Shown piece by piece: positions 16,558 to 26,585 of a stretch of 47,224 nt of DNA; within the stretch, counting starts at the first letter, position 1; every line of letters begins with the position of its first letter. Source of the DNA: a virus (Duplodnaviria > Caudoviricetes); IMG/VR virus record IMGVR_UViG_3300048852_000046, positions 1 through 47,224 of that record. One strand, 5' to 3'. The position numbers and the translations under genes are program-made. The notes beneath the pieces were generated by a model that saw nothing but the letters and a program-made list of their open reading frames with translations, did not search any database and had not been told where the DNA came from.

Positions 16558-19500
16558 GTGCTAAACGCGGTGCGCGCCATTGCCATCAGGCTAGTAGAAA
16601 AATACAAGGCCTATTCCATGCTGTCCAACGAAACCGCTTCAAGTGCTCAGGTCCTTAACTTCGAGAACGTGCGCGACCATTTTCTGGACGGATTCGAGAA
16701 GGTGGCACGAATAATCGACCAAAACTCAGACTATAACGCGATCATTGGCCACAAACTTACCGAGGAGCTCCGAGAGCGGTTCAGCCCCTCGGTTGCAATT
16801 GAAGACCGCCGGAAGCTTGCGCTCTCAGAATGGGCGACCACAATAGCGACGTCGAAACAAGCTACCTATGCGCTACCAGACGTGGATATGTTGTTTCTCG
16901 GCAGGACACAAAACAACCTTCGCGAGTTTTCGTTTTTTCTGGAAATACTCAACCCACTCGATAGAAGATTTTCACATTTCAACGCTGTGGATTTGAAGCT
17001 TTCGAAGCGAGAGCACAGCCAGGAAGATCTCGACCAGCTGGTAGAACACCTGACGCCGAAAATGATGGACTATGTCGAGAGCCGAACCGCGATCGGTCCG
17101 GAGCTTGTGTATCAGCTCGGACAGTTCGCCGTTCACTTCATTCGCTACCTCTTCTCGCTGGCACGCAAAGACAGTAAGCACCCGCTTCTCGCAATTGTCG
17201 CCAATGATCACTCCCCAAATCCAGTCGCCTTCTCCTTGGCGATGAAGACCTTCAACGTTCCTCGGCTGTACATTCAGCATGCAGAGGTGTCAAATAGCTT
17301 TCCTCCCTTGGATTTCGAGTACAGCATTCTCCGGAACTCTGTTTCCCGTCGGATCTATGAAGAAATTGGTCCGGTTGATGGAAATGTGTTTGTTATCTCC
17401 CGCTTTCCGGGATCGTTGACCCACCCAAAGGACATCACGGAAGATAACGGGAAACAAAGCGTTGTTTTATACACCACTGGCCGAGTCGAGTTAGACGGCC
17501 TCCATCGAGTTTTTGAAGGTCTAAAACAAAATCCGGATGTTTCATCGATATACGTGAAGCCGCATCCAAATCAAGCTATCGTCGAATGGCCCAGCGATCT
17601 TCCCGCGCTTAAGGAATTTCCCAACTTTCCACATATTGCAGTCGTTGCAAACTCATCTGTTGTGATCGAGCTACTTCACCAGGGCATTCCGGTATTCCAG
17701 AACTTCGACTTCGATCCAGTAGAGACAGACTATTACGGGTTTGTCCGAAACGGGGTCGCTGGGCCAGCTCCGACGGAATCACTCAGTGGACCATTCTGGA
17801 AGCAGTTCCGGTTCGAACACGAATGGTATTCACAATTCACAGATCGTTATGCACCGCCGGAGTCCTCTTCAGAAAAGGATAAGTCCAGGCTGCGAGCTGA
17901 GGTCAGCTGTCTTCTTGCCCAACGGGTTCGGCCCCGCGCCGGTGCCAGCAAGAAGGATCCGGCGCCCAAGCGGGTACATCGCCCGAAGGTTAAGCTCCCG
18001 TCCATTGGTAAGTCCGCTGTCAACTTCGCCGCAAGGTTTTCATCAACGCTGGTTCTGGAGGCGGTGAAATACGTCGCTTACGAATCGCCACTGAAGAACA
18101 GGAAGGCCATGCAAGACCTGCGGAAGGCGGATGCCGAAGTTGTTAACCGAACGCTTTCAGCCCCTCCGGACGCTGAAAAGATGAAGTGGCTCTATAACTC
18201 CATCGCCGAGGCCACGAATCCTGCCAAGTGGCTCGATCACACGTTGGACGTTGGGCTGATCACGAATGAGGAAACGATTAAGGCGGTTGATCAGCTGTAT
18301 TTGAACCGACATCCCATCGTATTCACGCTGTTCGACCGAGTGGATGATCTAGAGGGTCATCTCGCCGTTTACCTCTGGCTCTCGTTCAAGCGCTTCGAGA
18401 TAACCGGGGTCGCGCTTCCATATCCGCTGAGCGGCATGGTTGAGGCAACCCTCGAAACACCAAACCATCGTTTTGTCAGATCAAGCCTGGAGGGGCTGGT
18501 CTTTAATGCCTGCCTTCGAGAAGACCGCTTGGATTTATTAGACCTCCTTTTCGAGAAAGGTTTACGCGTTCGCCGCGAAACGCTCTCGACGACTCGTCGC
18601 ATTGCCCTTCTTCGCCACCTCATCCAGTCGGGAGCGGTCAGCAAATACGAAAAGACCCGCGCGGAGTTTTGGGAGGCCGAGACCCCATTCCACCGGCTGA
18701 AGATATCCGATCTGGATAATGTGTTCGGCACAAAACATAGCGGATCAACTCACGAGCAGATCACGCTTGCCTTTGAGTCCACCGCGCCGACCGCCATCGC
18801 GGCAGAGTTCAAGACTGATATCAAGCCCGTCTATGAGCGCCTAAAACCTTCTATCCGTTTCATGGATGTTAGATCCAGGGCAGAAGAACGAGATCTTTTT
18901 CAGCGGCTTGTGATGGACGCTCTGCAACGCAAGAAACCTCTCTCGATGATCCGTTTGAGTGACGGAGAAGGATATGCTTTTGCCGATAGCCACGAGTATT
19001 TCTCGCTCGATGATCAACTCAACAGAGAGCGCCATTGGTGGGGGATTGAGCTAGATCAGCCGCTAAGATTCTCTATCACCTCCCGTATTCGCCGTGCGGT
19101 CGACCAAGCGGATGTTCTCGGCATTCCTTCGATCCATCGCTTTGTTCGCGACGTCCACGAGAAAAGCACTAGCTTCAAAGCGAACGTTCAGGGGCGTGGC
19201 TTGTTGCAAGTTCTCCATTACTTTTCCGAAAAAGAGACTACGGCGCTTTTCGGAGACGAGAAAATGAACATCCCGCTGTTTCGTTCACATGACGCGGTCC
19301 GGGACCTGCTGATTGCCTCAGATAAATGCGTCTTGGTGAGCAGCGCGAACACCAGCCAGCTTCCCGATTGGATGCGGGGCCTGACCAACATGGATCACGT
19401 AACCATTCCGACGCACTTCCGCACATCCCGCAACGAGAAGTACCACGTTTCAGATCAGCCTCTTCCGCTGGTGTATGAAAGCATCGACGAGGAGGTGCGG

Positions 19501-19653
19501 AGGAAAACATCCCCTGGTACCCTTGTCCTTGTTGCTGGCGGAATTGTAGGCAAGATATTCATCGGAACGGCCAAAGAGGCTGGAGGGGTGGCGCTGGACC
19601 TTGGCAGTGTCATGGACGAATGGCTTGAAGCCGGTATTCATTCCCTCCATTGA
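16558..19653 (+). CDS. Large glycosyltransferase-like protein (GT-B-like N-half, GT-D-like C-terminus)
   Basis: ANDHSP, YIQHA, VKPHP, NSSVVIELLHQGIPV; SMIRLSDGEG and LVAGGIVGK...ALDLGSVMD; start may be 16618. Confidence 0.7.
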   Translation: MLNAVRAIAIRLVEKYKAYSMLSNETASSAQVLNFENVRDHFLDGFEKVARIIDQNSDYNAIIGHKLTEELRERFSPSVAIEDRRKLALSEWATTIATSKQATYALPDVDMLFLGRTQNNLREFSFFLEILNPLDRRFSHFNAVDLKLSKREHSQEDLDQLVEHLTPKMMDYVESRTAIGPELVYQLGQFAVHFIRYLFSLARKDSKHPLLAIVANDHSPNPVAFSLAMKTFNVPRLYIQHAEVSNSFPPLDFEYSILRNSVSRRIYEEIGPVDGNVFVISRFPGSLTHPKDITEDNGKQSVVLYTTGRVELDGLHRVFEGLKQNPDVSSIYVKPHPNQAIVEWPSDLPALKEFPNFPHIAVVANSSVVIELLHQGIPVFQNFDFDPVETDYYGFVRNGVAGPAPTESLSGPFWKQFRFEHEWYSQFTDRYAPPESSSEKDKSRLRAEVSCLLAQRVRPRAGASKKDPAPKRVHRPKVKLPSIGKSAVNFAARFSSTLVLEAVKYVAYESPLKNRKAMQDLRKADAEVVNRTLSAPPDAEKMKWLYNSIAEATNPAKWLDHTLDVGLITNEETIKAVDQLYLNRHPIVFTLFDRVDDLEGHLAVYLWLSFKRFEITGVALPYPLSGMVEATLETPNHRFVRSSLEGLVFNACLREDRLDLLDLLFEKGLRVRRETLSTTRRIALLRHLIQSGAVSKYEKTRAEFWEAETPFHRLKISDLDNVFGTKHSGSTHEQITLAFESTAPTAIAAEFKTDIKPVYERLKPSIRFMDVRSRAEERDLFQRLVMDALQRKKPLSMIRLSDGEGYAFADSHEYFSLDDQLNRERHWWGIELDQPLRFSITSRIRRAVDQADVLGIPSIHRFVRDVHEKSTSFKANVQGRGLLQVLHYFSEKETTALFGDEKMNIPLFRSHDAVRDLLIASDKCVLVSSANTSQLPDWMRGLTNMDHVTIPTHFRTSRNEKYHVSDQPLPLVYESIDEEVRRKTSPGTLVLVAGGIVGKIFIGTAKEAGGVALDLGSVMDEWLEAGIHSLH

Positions 19654-19667
19654 AAAAGGAATATGAC

Positions 19668-19850
19668 ATGCGCTGGTTTTGGCGGAAAGAAGAAGGCGTA
19701 GAAGAAGACGTCGCGGAATTACCCGAAGCGGAAGAGGCGGTCGAAGTTTATGTCGCGTCAGACCCAGAAGACGAGGATCTCGACTTTGAGAGTGACGCGA
19801 CCATGGATGACGTCGTTTTCCAATCTCAGGTGCCCGAGAGGTTCACGTGA
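19668..19850 (+). CDS. Small acidic hypothetical protein
   Basis: AAGGA RBS; MRWFWRK followed by a Glu/Asp-rich body. Confidence 0.5.
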   Translation: MRWFWRKEEGVEEDVAELPEAEEAVEVYVASDPEDEDLDFESDATMDDVVFQSQVPERFT

Positions 19851-19853
19851 CCG

Positions 19854-22790
19854 TCAAGCGTCGATAGCCGCGAACATCTTCCACGTTCCAGGTGAGCCGG
19901 CCGCGACGCAGATGCGACCAGCCTTTCCGGATGCCGCCGCGCCCGTGTCCCACAAGATATCGCCTTGCCGCCACGAACCGGTCGCAGGTGCAGCGCTGCT
20001 ATACCCGATGCGACGATCCCCAACTGTCGTGGAATAGTACCCGGCCGTGCCGGAAACCCTCCCCGTCGCGCCGGCCGGCAAGAGCGGCCCCCACCAGTTA
20101 TCCGCGATGATGTGATCTTCATCGGCGGTGTTTGACGGGGCGAACTTGTTGATTGCCGAGGTTTGGGCGTTATGGAACTCGTTCCCGGTAACGATTGCAC
20201 CAACCGTATCCCCGAACAGGTAGATATTGTGTCGCATCTTCGTCGAATCGTCGGGATTGTTTTCGAAGGAGTTGCCGCGGATTTTGATGTGCGAGCACCC
20301 ATCCGTCATGCGGATGTTGACGCACGACGAATTATCTAGCTGACCACCTTCAGTGAATTCGCAATCCTCGACGCTGAACCGCCTCGCAGCCCGAAGCTGG
20401 ACATCATACAACCCGCTGCGTCGGAAATGGCGGCCGCGAATGCGTGATTTTCTCGCCCTGCCGCTGGAGCTGTTATTTACCTGATAGCCGGTGTGGAACC
20501 CTTCGGCGTAGCCGGTGTGCTCGATGTCACCGGTGTATTTTTCAACGGTCGCGCCAGCCCCCGACGCAGCGGCAACGAAGCTTGGCGTTATCGAAAGCGT
20601 GACAGGATCGGTCGACTGCATCGCGGCCTTGGTAAGCACCATCGTGCGGCCCCCGACGTTGATCGTGGAACCTGCGACAACATCAAACGACAGAGACGTC
20701 AAAGTGACCGACGTCGCACCAACTGTCAGAGCCGCGCCCAGCGTGTGCGCTGCGCTCTGTCCGGTCAGCCTCGTCCCGATGCAGCTTGTATTGTAATCCG
20801 TACGCAGGCAGATATCGACGGTGTCGAGCTCGATCTTCTTCCCGCATCCGACCAACTCATGAGCGAACGGTACAACCGTCTTGCCGCTCAGCTTGAAATC
20901 ATCGCAAGCTTGCAGGAAGACTGCCGGCGTGAAGTTCGAGGTAGACGCCCCAGTTCCGTGAGACACGTCGATACCGTTCACCCTTACGCCCGTCATGAGT
21001 CGGCAATCGAATGCCCGGGTGTTCGTGCTGCTCAACGGCCCGCGTTCGATCACCAGGTTGTTGAAGGTGACAAGCGAGCCTTCATTGATAGCCAGCCAAA
21101 GTGCACCAGCGCGAGTGCCAGAAGCTCCGGAAAGCTGAACACCTGCGATCTCGTAATTCTTGATGGTGCAATTGTCGAACACGATGTTCTTCAATACCTG
21201 CCCGACGCTGTCTCCCTGCGCCACCAATCCGCCGACGTCTCCGGCAGCTACAACGATCGGTATACGAACGCCGCTCGCGAAAACATTGCGGCAATCTATA
21301 TTGTGGCCACCTGAGACATAAACGCAGCCGAGCGCTGCGTCGGGAAGCGGGTTTTCGAAGAATACGCCGTCGATCAGAAGACGGCGCGGGTGCCACGACT
21401 GCGTCACAGCACCGGTGTCGGGAGCGGTCGGGTCGAAGTTCCCTCCCCAATGGATCATCATCGCATAAGAAATGAAACCGCTGTATTTGAAGTTCTTGAA
21501 CGTGCAATCGTGAACGTTCCCATAGATCCCGAAGATGCTCCTCCGCCCGACACCTGCATCTACCCCCACGAACTCCAGATTGCTGAGATGGATGTTCGTG
21601 TATTCCTTCCCCGTCGTTGCGTACTGGCCAACAACGACCGCATTGTTGAATTCGCCGCTGATGGCTCCGGCCGTCACTCCGCGCTCAAAACGGAAGAAGT
21701 GCATCCCGCCGTTTGACTCCGGTGCGAAGCCGCGCGCGCCATTCATGTCGGTGCCACCCGCGAGCGTCTGCTTGAAAGTCGCCATGCCGGGAACGGCCAC
21801 GAATGTGCTGTACACCGGAATAGTGCCTTCAACGACGATGTCGGCTGCCGGGAAGCGAATTTCCTTTCCTGCGAAGTCCTGAGAACCGGCCAAGACGACG
21901 GCAGATGTATCGTTCGTGGTTCCGTCGCATATCGCGCCGAGAGAACGAATGTGGATGACGTCACCCGAAATTTCCCACCAGGCGCCATCAGCCGATTGGA
22001 ACTTCGCGGCGTGCGCAGGCTCTGACGAAACCTTCTGATAGGTCGCTGGCGCATACCGCGACGAGCTGGACCAACGAGAAATCGTTACGTCAGAGACGCC
22101 TGAAAGATCCTGTGCGGCCGCAACGGCTCGGGTGGCATATGTAGCGATGCTGCTCGCCGCAGCGACTGCGACGGTGGCAGCAGCCTCTGCTTGAGCAACG
22201 AGAGCAGCACTAGCCAGATCGCTCACAAGCCTGAACGTCGAGCCCGAAACGATGCCCATGACGATCATGCCGGAAGTCAGACCGCCGGCCGCAACGTCAT
22301 TGCCGCTGTTCGTCTTTATCGTGAGGGCGGAGCCCCCGTTGAAGGAGACGGTAACCGGCGAAGCCGTGTTAGCCTCGAAGACGTTCATCCAAACGAGAGC
22401 GGATCCCGATACAGGAATGGACGTTGTCGCCTGAATAGCGTTCGGAGTGCCGGCGCCAACGTCGCTTGCGATGATGAACGAAAATGGAAGATCGGCGACA
22501 CGATTCCACGATCCGGTGCCTTCTACGCCGATCTTCTGGTAGATGCCGTTGTTGTCCACTACCGGGTCACCGATGACCCAGGCCATAGTCGCGGGGGGAC
22601 GGCTAAGCTGTGCGTCAAGACTGGCGCGAAGCGTATAGACCAGTCCGCCGTTCGCCGTGAACGCCGTGATGATGCTCTCGACCCACGTTCCCCAGGCGCG
22701 GATATCCGCCTTCTTCGGATCGTACTCTTCTGACGAAGGAACCCCGTCCGTGTTGTAGTCGCGCCAGATGGTGTTTGCGGTTTGAACCAT
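19854..22790 (-). CDS. Tailspike / receptor-binding depolymerase
   Basis: N-terminal virion-anchor region, IRSLGAICDGTTNDT beta-helix start, C-terminal APATGSWRQGD...CVAAGSPGTWK; last gene of the tail module. Confidence 0.85.
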   Translation of the reverse strand: MVQTANTIWRDYNTDGVPSSEEYDPKKADIRAWGTWVESIITAFTANGGLVYTLRASLDAQLSRPPATMAWVIGDPVVDNNGIYQKIGVEGTGSWNRVADLPFSFIIASDVGAGTPNAIQATTSIPVSGSALVWMNVFEANTASPVTVSFNGGSALTIKTNSGNDVAAGGLTSGMIVMGIVSGSTFRLVSDLASAALVAQAEAAATVAVAAASSIATYATRAVAAAQDLSGVSDVTISRWSSSSRYAPATYQKVSSEPAHAAKFQSADGAWWEISGDVIHIRSLGAICDGTTNDTSAVVLAGSQDFAGKEIRFPAADIVVEGTIPVYSTFVAVPGMATFKQTLAGGTDMNGARGFAPESNGGMHFFRFERGVTAGAISGEFNNAVVVGQYATTGKEYTNIHLSNLEFVGVDAGVGRRSIFGIYGNVHDCTFKNFKYSGFISYAMMIHWGGNFDPTAPDTGAVTQSWHPRRLLIDGVFFENPLPDAALGCVYVSGGHNIDCRNVFASGVRIPIVVAAGDVGGLVAQGDSVGQVLKNIVFDNCTIKNYEIAGVQLSGASGTRAGALWLAINEGSLVTFNNLVIERGPLSSTNTRAFDCRLMTGVRVNGIDVSHGTGASTSNFTPAVFLQACDDFKLSGKTVVPFAHELVGCGKKIELDTVDICLRTDYNTSCIGTRLTGQSAAHTLGAALTVGATSVTLTSLSFDVVAGSTINVGGRTMVLTKAAMQSTDPVTLSITPSFVAAASGAGATVEKYTGDIEHTGYAEGFHTGYQVNNSSSGRARKSRIRGRHFRRSGLYDVQLRAARRFSVEDCEFTEGGQLDNSSCVNIRMTDGCSHIKIRGNSFENNPDDSTKMRHNIYLFGDTVGAIVTGNEFHNAQTSAINKFAPSNTADEDHIIADNWWGPLLPAGATGRVSGTAGYYSTTVGDRRIGYSSAAPATGSWRQGDILWDTGAAASGKAGRICVAAGSPGTWKMFAAIDA

Positions 22791-22861
22791 GAAAGTCCCC
22801 ATGCGAAGGCGCTCCGGCGAATGCCAGAGGCGAATTGGTGATGTGATTGCGGATCAGATCG

Positions 22862-24904
22862 TCAGGTGACGATGGCGGAACCGGTTGCTACAGCGGCGGC
22901 CGGTTTGCCGGATGGATTGATCGCTTCGACGAAGCCGTAATAGGCGCCGGCAGAAAGGCCGGTCACCGTACGTGCGTCATTGGCGGCGGCTGCGCCGTAT
23001 TCAGTCGCGACCAAGGTCGATGTGGCGAAATCGTTCGCCGTATTCAGGTACAGCCTCGAGGCGTAATAGTTCGGCGAGTTTGGAGCCGTCCAATCGAAGG
23101 TCACCTCGCCTACTCCGCCCGTCAGCGACGGGTTAGTCGCCGGGCCGGGCGCCACCGGGTCGGCCGTCGCTGTGCGGACCTGGTAATCAGTCCACTCGGA
23201 ACTCGCTCCGTTCGACCAGGCGCGAAGCCGGAACTTGTATTGGACGCCGTCGGACAGATAGCCGGAGCGGACCTCGGCATCGCCAGTCTTCGACATGGCC
23301 GACCGCGCCGGCTCGATTTCCGACGTTGGCTGCCATTCCAGCTCATAGAGAAGCGCGTCGGACACGAAATCCCACGTTGCCTGGCCGAAGGCCGCTGTCT
23401 GGCCACCGGTAACCACCTCGGTATCGATCGTCACGTCGAAGTTGATCGGGGTCGGGACGCCGCCGGGGGGCAGCGGATCGACATTCGCCCCCGGGACGCC
23501 CTCTTCCGTCGCCGCGTTGAAGGCGTAGAGGTTGCTAGGCACGATTATGCCGGAGAACTCGACAGTGAGATTTCGCAACGACAGCTTCGGCGTCGATGTG
23601 ATCTCGACGATGACTTCCGTCATCCTGGGCGGGTAGTGCACGCGCACGAAGCGCCGATAGGGCACTTTCTTGGCTGCATGGTAGTCTGCGACGATCGTTA
23701 CGCGCGGCGCGTTCTTGCGGATATATTTCAGTTTCTGCAGGCGGGCGCAGTGGTTGTGGCTTTGGATCGCCTGATTGTCGACGGTCGCCGTCCGTTCCGT
23801 GTCCTCGCCGATGTACGGATCGCCGTAGATCGCGGCGTCTACGGTGTTGAAGCGGTTCGCCGGGTCGGTCCACCGGCCGCGGACAGCAAGGACGGTCGAC
23901 GAGCGGCGCTGATTGGCGTCGAAGGTGACGCGCTTGATGTCGTTTCCTGCGAGCCGAATATCCGGCTCGACGAATTCGCCAGCGTGCACACCAATGAGAC
24001 CGTCCGGGCGCTCATAGACGACGAGTTCGGCCGCCTCGTCCATCAGCCGCCCGACCTGAACGGGATCGTTCTCGGCGCGAAACCAAAAGCCGCCGTGATA
24101 GCGCTTTTCCGTGCCACCGCTGCGGTTGGTGACGTTCTGGTCGCCGACGTTCGCCGCGTTGCTCCAGTCCGGCAGATACATGTCGGAAAGGCTCAGCTTG
24201 CCGCCGACCGGATCCGTAAGGTGCCAAAGGCGCATCAGCGCGATGTTCGTCGAGAATGCCGTGTTGGCCGTACGCGGGTCGTATAACCTCATACCGTCGC
24301 CGACGGCCGAATGCTGCGGCATCTGGTTCGGGTAGACCTTCAGGTATCTTTCCGAGCTGACGCCTGCAGCCGACATCCGGACGGAGGCAAGACCGTCGCC
24401 GCGGTGATTGTTTGTCCAAATGCCGGAGAAAGCTGCGACTACATCCGCATAGGCTGTCTCAGCAGCCAAACCGAGGCGCGACAGGATCTGCACCTTGCTG
24501 CCGAAATGCGACGGCGCCGTAACAAAGCCGTTGGCATCGAGCGTCACGGCCTCGTCGTGCAGGTAATGAGTCGCATAGCCCTGGATGCGGTGTGCTGCCC
24601 AAACGAGAATGTGATAGGCGGTGCCGTTCTTTTCCCCGAGGAAGACATAATCGCTGCCCTTCTTCACCCGGCCGAGCACGTAGGCAAGGGAAGGTACCGA
24701 CTGCTTCAGGTTATAGCTGCCATCCTCCGGCTTCGGGACGGCCGGCTTGGAGACGAGCATGCCCTGCAGCGCGGCCGCACCATATGCGAGGCCGCCGTAC
24801 GCCAGCGCAGAGAGACCGAGATAGACGAGGTTCGACAGCGCGACGCTCGTCGTGCCCAGTGATGCGATGACCACCAGGGCGATTGTATCGATGATGCCTG
24901 GCAT
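22862..24904 (-). CDS. Central tail tip / host-specificity protein with FN3-like C-terminus
   Basis: Position after the NlpC-like gene; YKFRLRAWS and VTFDWTAP FN3-like motifs. Confidence 0.75.
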   Translation of the reverse strand: MPGIIDTIALVVIASLGTTSVALSNLVYLGLSALAYGGLAYGAAALQGMLVSKPAVPKPEDGSYNLKQSVPSLAYVLGRVKKGSDYVFLGEKNGTAYHILVWAAHRIQGYATHYLHDEAVTLDANGFVTAPSHFGSKVQILSRLGLAAETAYADVVAAFSGIWTNNHRGDGLASVRMSAAGVSSERYLKVYPNQMPQHSAVGDGMRLYDPRTANTAFSTNIALMRLWHLTDPVGGKLSLSDMYLPDWSNAANVGDQNVTNRSGGTEKRYHGGFWFRAENDPVQVGRLMDEAAELVVYERPDGLIGVHAGEFVEPDIRLAGNDIKRVTFDANQRRSSTVLAVRGRWTDPANRFNTVDAAIYGDPYIGEDTERTATVDNQAIQSHNHCARLQKLKYIRKNAPRVTIVADYHAAKKVPYRRFVRVHYPPRMTEVIVEITSTPKLSLRNLTVEFSGIIVPSNLYAFNAATEEGVPGANVDPLPPGGVPTPINFDVTIDTEVVTGGQTAAFGQATWDFVSDALLYELEWQPTSEIEPARSAMSKTGDAEVRSGYLSDGVQYKFRLRAWSNGASSEWTDYQVRTATADPVAPGPATNPSLTGGVGEVTFDWTAPNSPNYYASRLYLNTANDFATSTLVATEYGAAAANDARTVTGLSAGAYYGFVEAINPSGKPAAAVATGSAIVT

Positions 24905-24907
24905 GTC

Positions 24908-25303
24908 TCAGATCATCCAGATTGCGAGGGGAGCGGCCGTCATGAAGCCGACGCCGTTTTTAAAGCGGACGTTCCAGCGCTCGCCATCATGGATGGCGCC
25001 GAACTGCCGGTGAATGTTGCTGGCGCTTCCGATCACGCCGATCGCGCCGCAGCGCGGCTGCTGGAGCAGCTTTCCGCGAATGCGGGCGACACAGGAGCCC
25101 ACGACAGCCGGAACGTTCCCTGCCCGCTCGATGATGACCCTGAAGCCCTCTTCGCTGTCATAGGCGCCGCGCAAGTGCTGCGCCGGATCCGCATGGCCCA
25201 GCCAGATCGCCCAGGCGGCGAGGAAGAGGCAGCAATCCACCTGCCCTGGCTGCCACACCTTCTCGCGATAGGCGGCAAGGAATTGCTCGAGCGTGCGTTC
25301 CAT
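24908..25303 (-). CDS. Tail assembly NlpC/P60-like protein (DUF6950-like)
   Basis: WQPGQVDCCLFLAAW, LRGAYDS. Confidence 0.75.
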   Translation of the reverse strand: MERTLEQFLAAYREKVWQPGQVDCCLFLAAWAIWLGHADPAQHLRGAYDSEEGFRVIIERAGNVPAVVGSCVARIRGKLLQQPRCGAIGVIGSASNIHRQFGAIHDGERWNVRFKNGVGFMTAAPLAIWMI

Positions 25304-25306
25304 GCG

Positions 25307-25879
25307 TCACCAGTTCGGCCAACGAATTGTCAGGTCGATAAGCGTCGGCATGCGCTCGCAGAAGCGGTCCGCCGGCGCTGATGGGTTGAGCAGCTTTGAC
25401 CGTGCCTTCTGGTCGACGTCGGAGAGCACCGCCCCGTTCGCCAGTGTGCGGAGCGTGAACCGGTTGGTGATCTCGACGGTGATCGTCGACATGATCTGCT
25501 CGTCGCCGGCCGCGTCATCGAAAATGATGTCGTCGATCGTGCCGGTGAATTTGACATCCGCGGCGCCGACCGGCTGGTCGAGTTCATCGCAGTCCTGGAT
25601 AAGCACGCGCACACGCGTTCCGATGATCTCGCCAGCCTGGTAGTCACCCCAGATCGTGTCGGCCGTCGACTTGTCGATGCCAGAGAGTGTGAGCGGGAGC
25701 GTGAAAGCCTCCGCGTTGATCGCGAGCTGTAATTGATCAAGCGCCGAATCAGTCAGCACACACGGCCGCCAGATATTGCCGTCGCCATCGACAAAAGGGC
25801 CGCCAGAGCCGTCCCAAAGCCGAACGGTCTTCGACGGGAAGTCGAGCTGGGCAAGGATGCGAAGAGATTTGACTGCCAT
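25307..25879 (-). CDS. Tail tip/hub protein
   Basis: VRLWDGSG, KFTGTID, SDVDQ...DRFCE; synteny. Confidence 0.65.
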   Translation of the reverse strand: MAVKSLRILAQLDFPSKTVRLWDGSGGPFVDGDGNIWRPCVLTDSALDQLQLAINAEAFTLPLTLSGIDKSTADTIWGDYQAGEIIGTRVRVLIQDCDELDQPVGAADVKFTGTIDDIIFDDAAGDEQIMSTITVEITNRFTLRTLANGAVLSDVDQKARSKLLNPSAPADRFCERMPTLIDLTIRWPNW

Positions 25880-26583
25880 CACGCCACCAGCGAAGCCCAA
25901 TAGTCGGTTGCCTCGACGAAGGAGACGGAGCGCTGCTCGAACTGGATCGAGTTGACGCCGGCATCCATGCCGCGATCATCGGCCAGCCGCGAAAGGCAGG
26001 TCGGCATGTCGAATTCCAGATCGGCCCCGGCCGGGATCAGCGCACGCACCGTCGGCGAGATCGGAAGCGTCCAGATGTCGCCGTCGATCGAAATCACCGG
26101 GCCGGTCTTGTAAAGCGCATGCTCGTATGAGAACCGGACACCGACGAGGTCGGATGCCGCGTTGATGATCCGGAGCCTGATGGTGGTTGCACCCAGCGGA
26201 GTGACGCCGTCGGTCACGACCGAGATCGCTCCCTGTTGATATTGGCTGCCATCACTGAACGGCGCGCCGTCGCTGTGCGGCACTCTGATGATCGGCTCGT
26301 AATCGCCGGAAACGTAAGGCGCCGTGTCTCGGGACCACGCCGGAACGGCAATGAGCCCTGCCCGGCCGCCGAGCTTCTGGCTTATCGCTTCCCACGTTCT
26401 GCGCTGCGCGGAGCTATAGGTTGCCACGTCGATGAGGTCGATCGCCCAGTAACCGAGGTCAGTCCTGGTTGCCGGCTCGACGCCGCCGAGCGACTTGCCG
26501 CCCGATCTCGTATAAGGAACGATGTTCGGGCGGCATTCTTCCGGCGTCAGAAGATTGACGGGCCAAGTGATGATGTCTGCCAT
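25879..26583 (-). CDS. Distal tail protein candidate
   Basis: Directly follows the tape measure; ISPTVRALIPAG...EFDMP motif. Confidence 0.65.
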   Translation of the reverse strand: MADIITWPVNLLTPEECRPNIVPYTRSGGKSLGGVEPATRTDLGYWAIDLIDVATYSSAQRRTWEAISQKLGGRAGLIAVPAWSRDTAPYVSGDYEPIIRVPHSDGAPFSDGSQYQQGAISVVTDGVTPLGATTIRLRIINAASDLVGVRFSYEHALYKTGPVISIDGDIWTLPISPTVRALIPAGADLEFDMPTCLSRLADDRGMDAGVNSIQFEQRSVSFVEATDYWASLVA

Positions 26584-26585
26584 TC

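Noticed and set aside
13540-24904. Diversity-generating retroelement or invertible tail-fibre switch
   Set aside because: No reverse transcriptase or invertase in the window, and no TR/VR pair or inverted crossover sites noticed between the two beta-helix genes by eye
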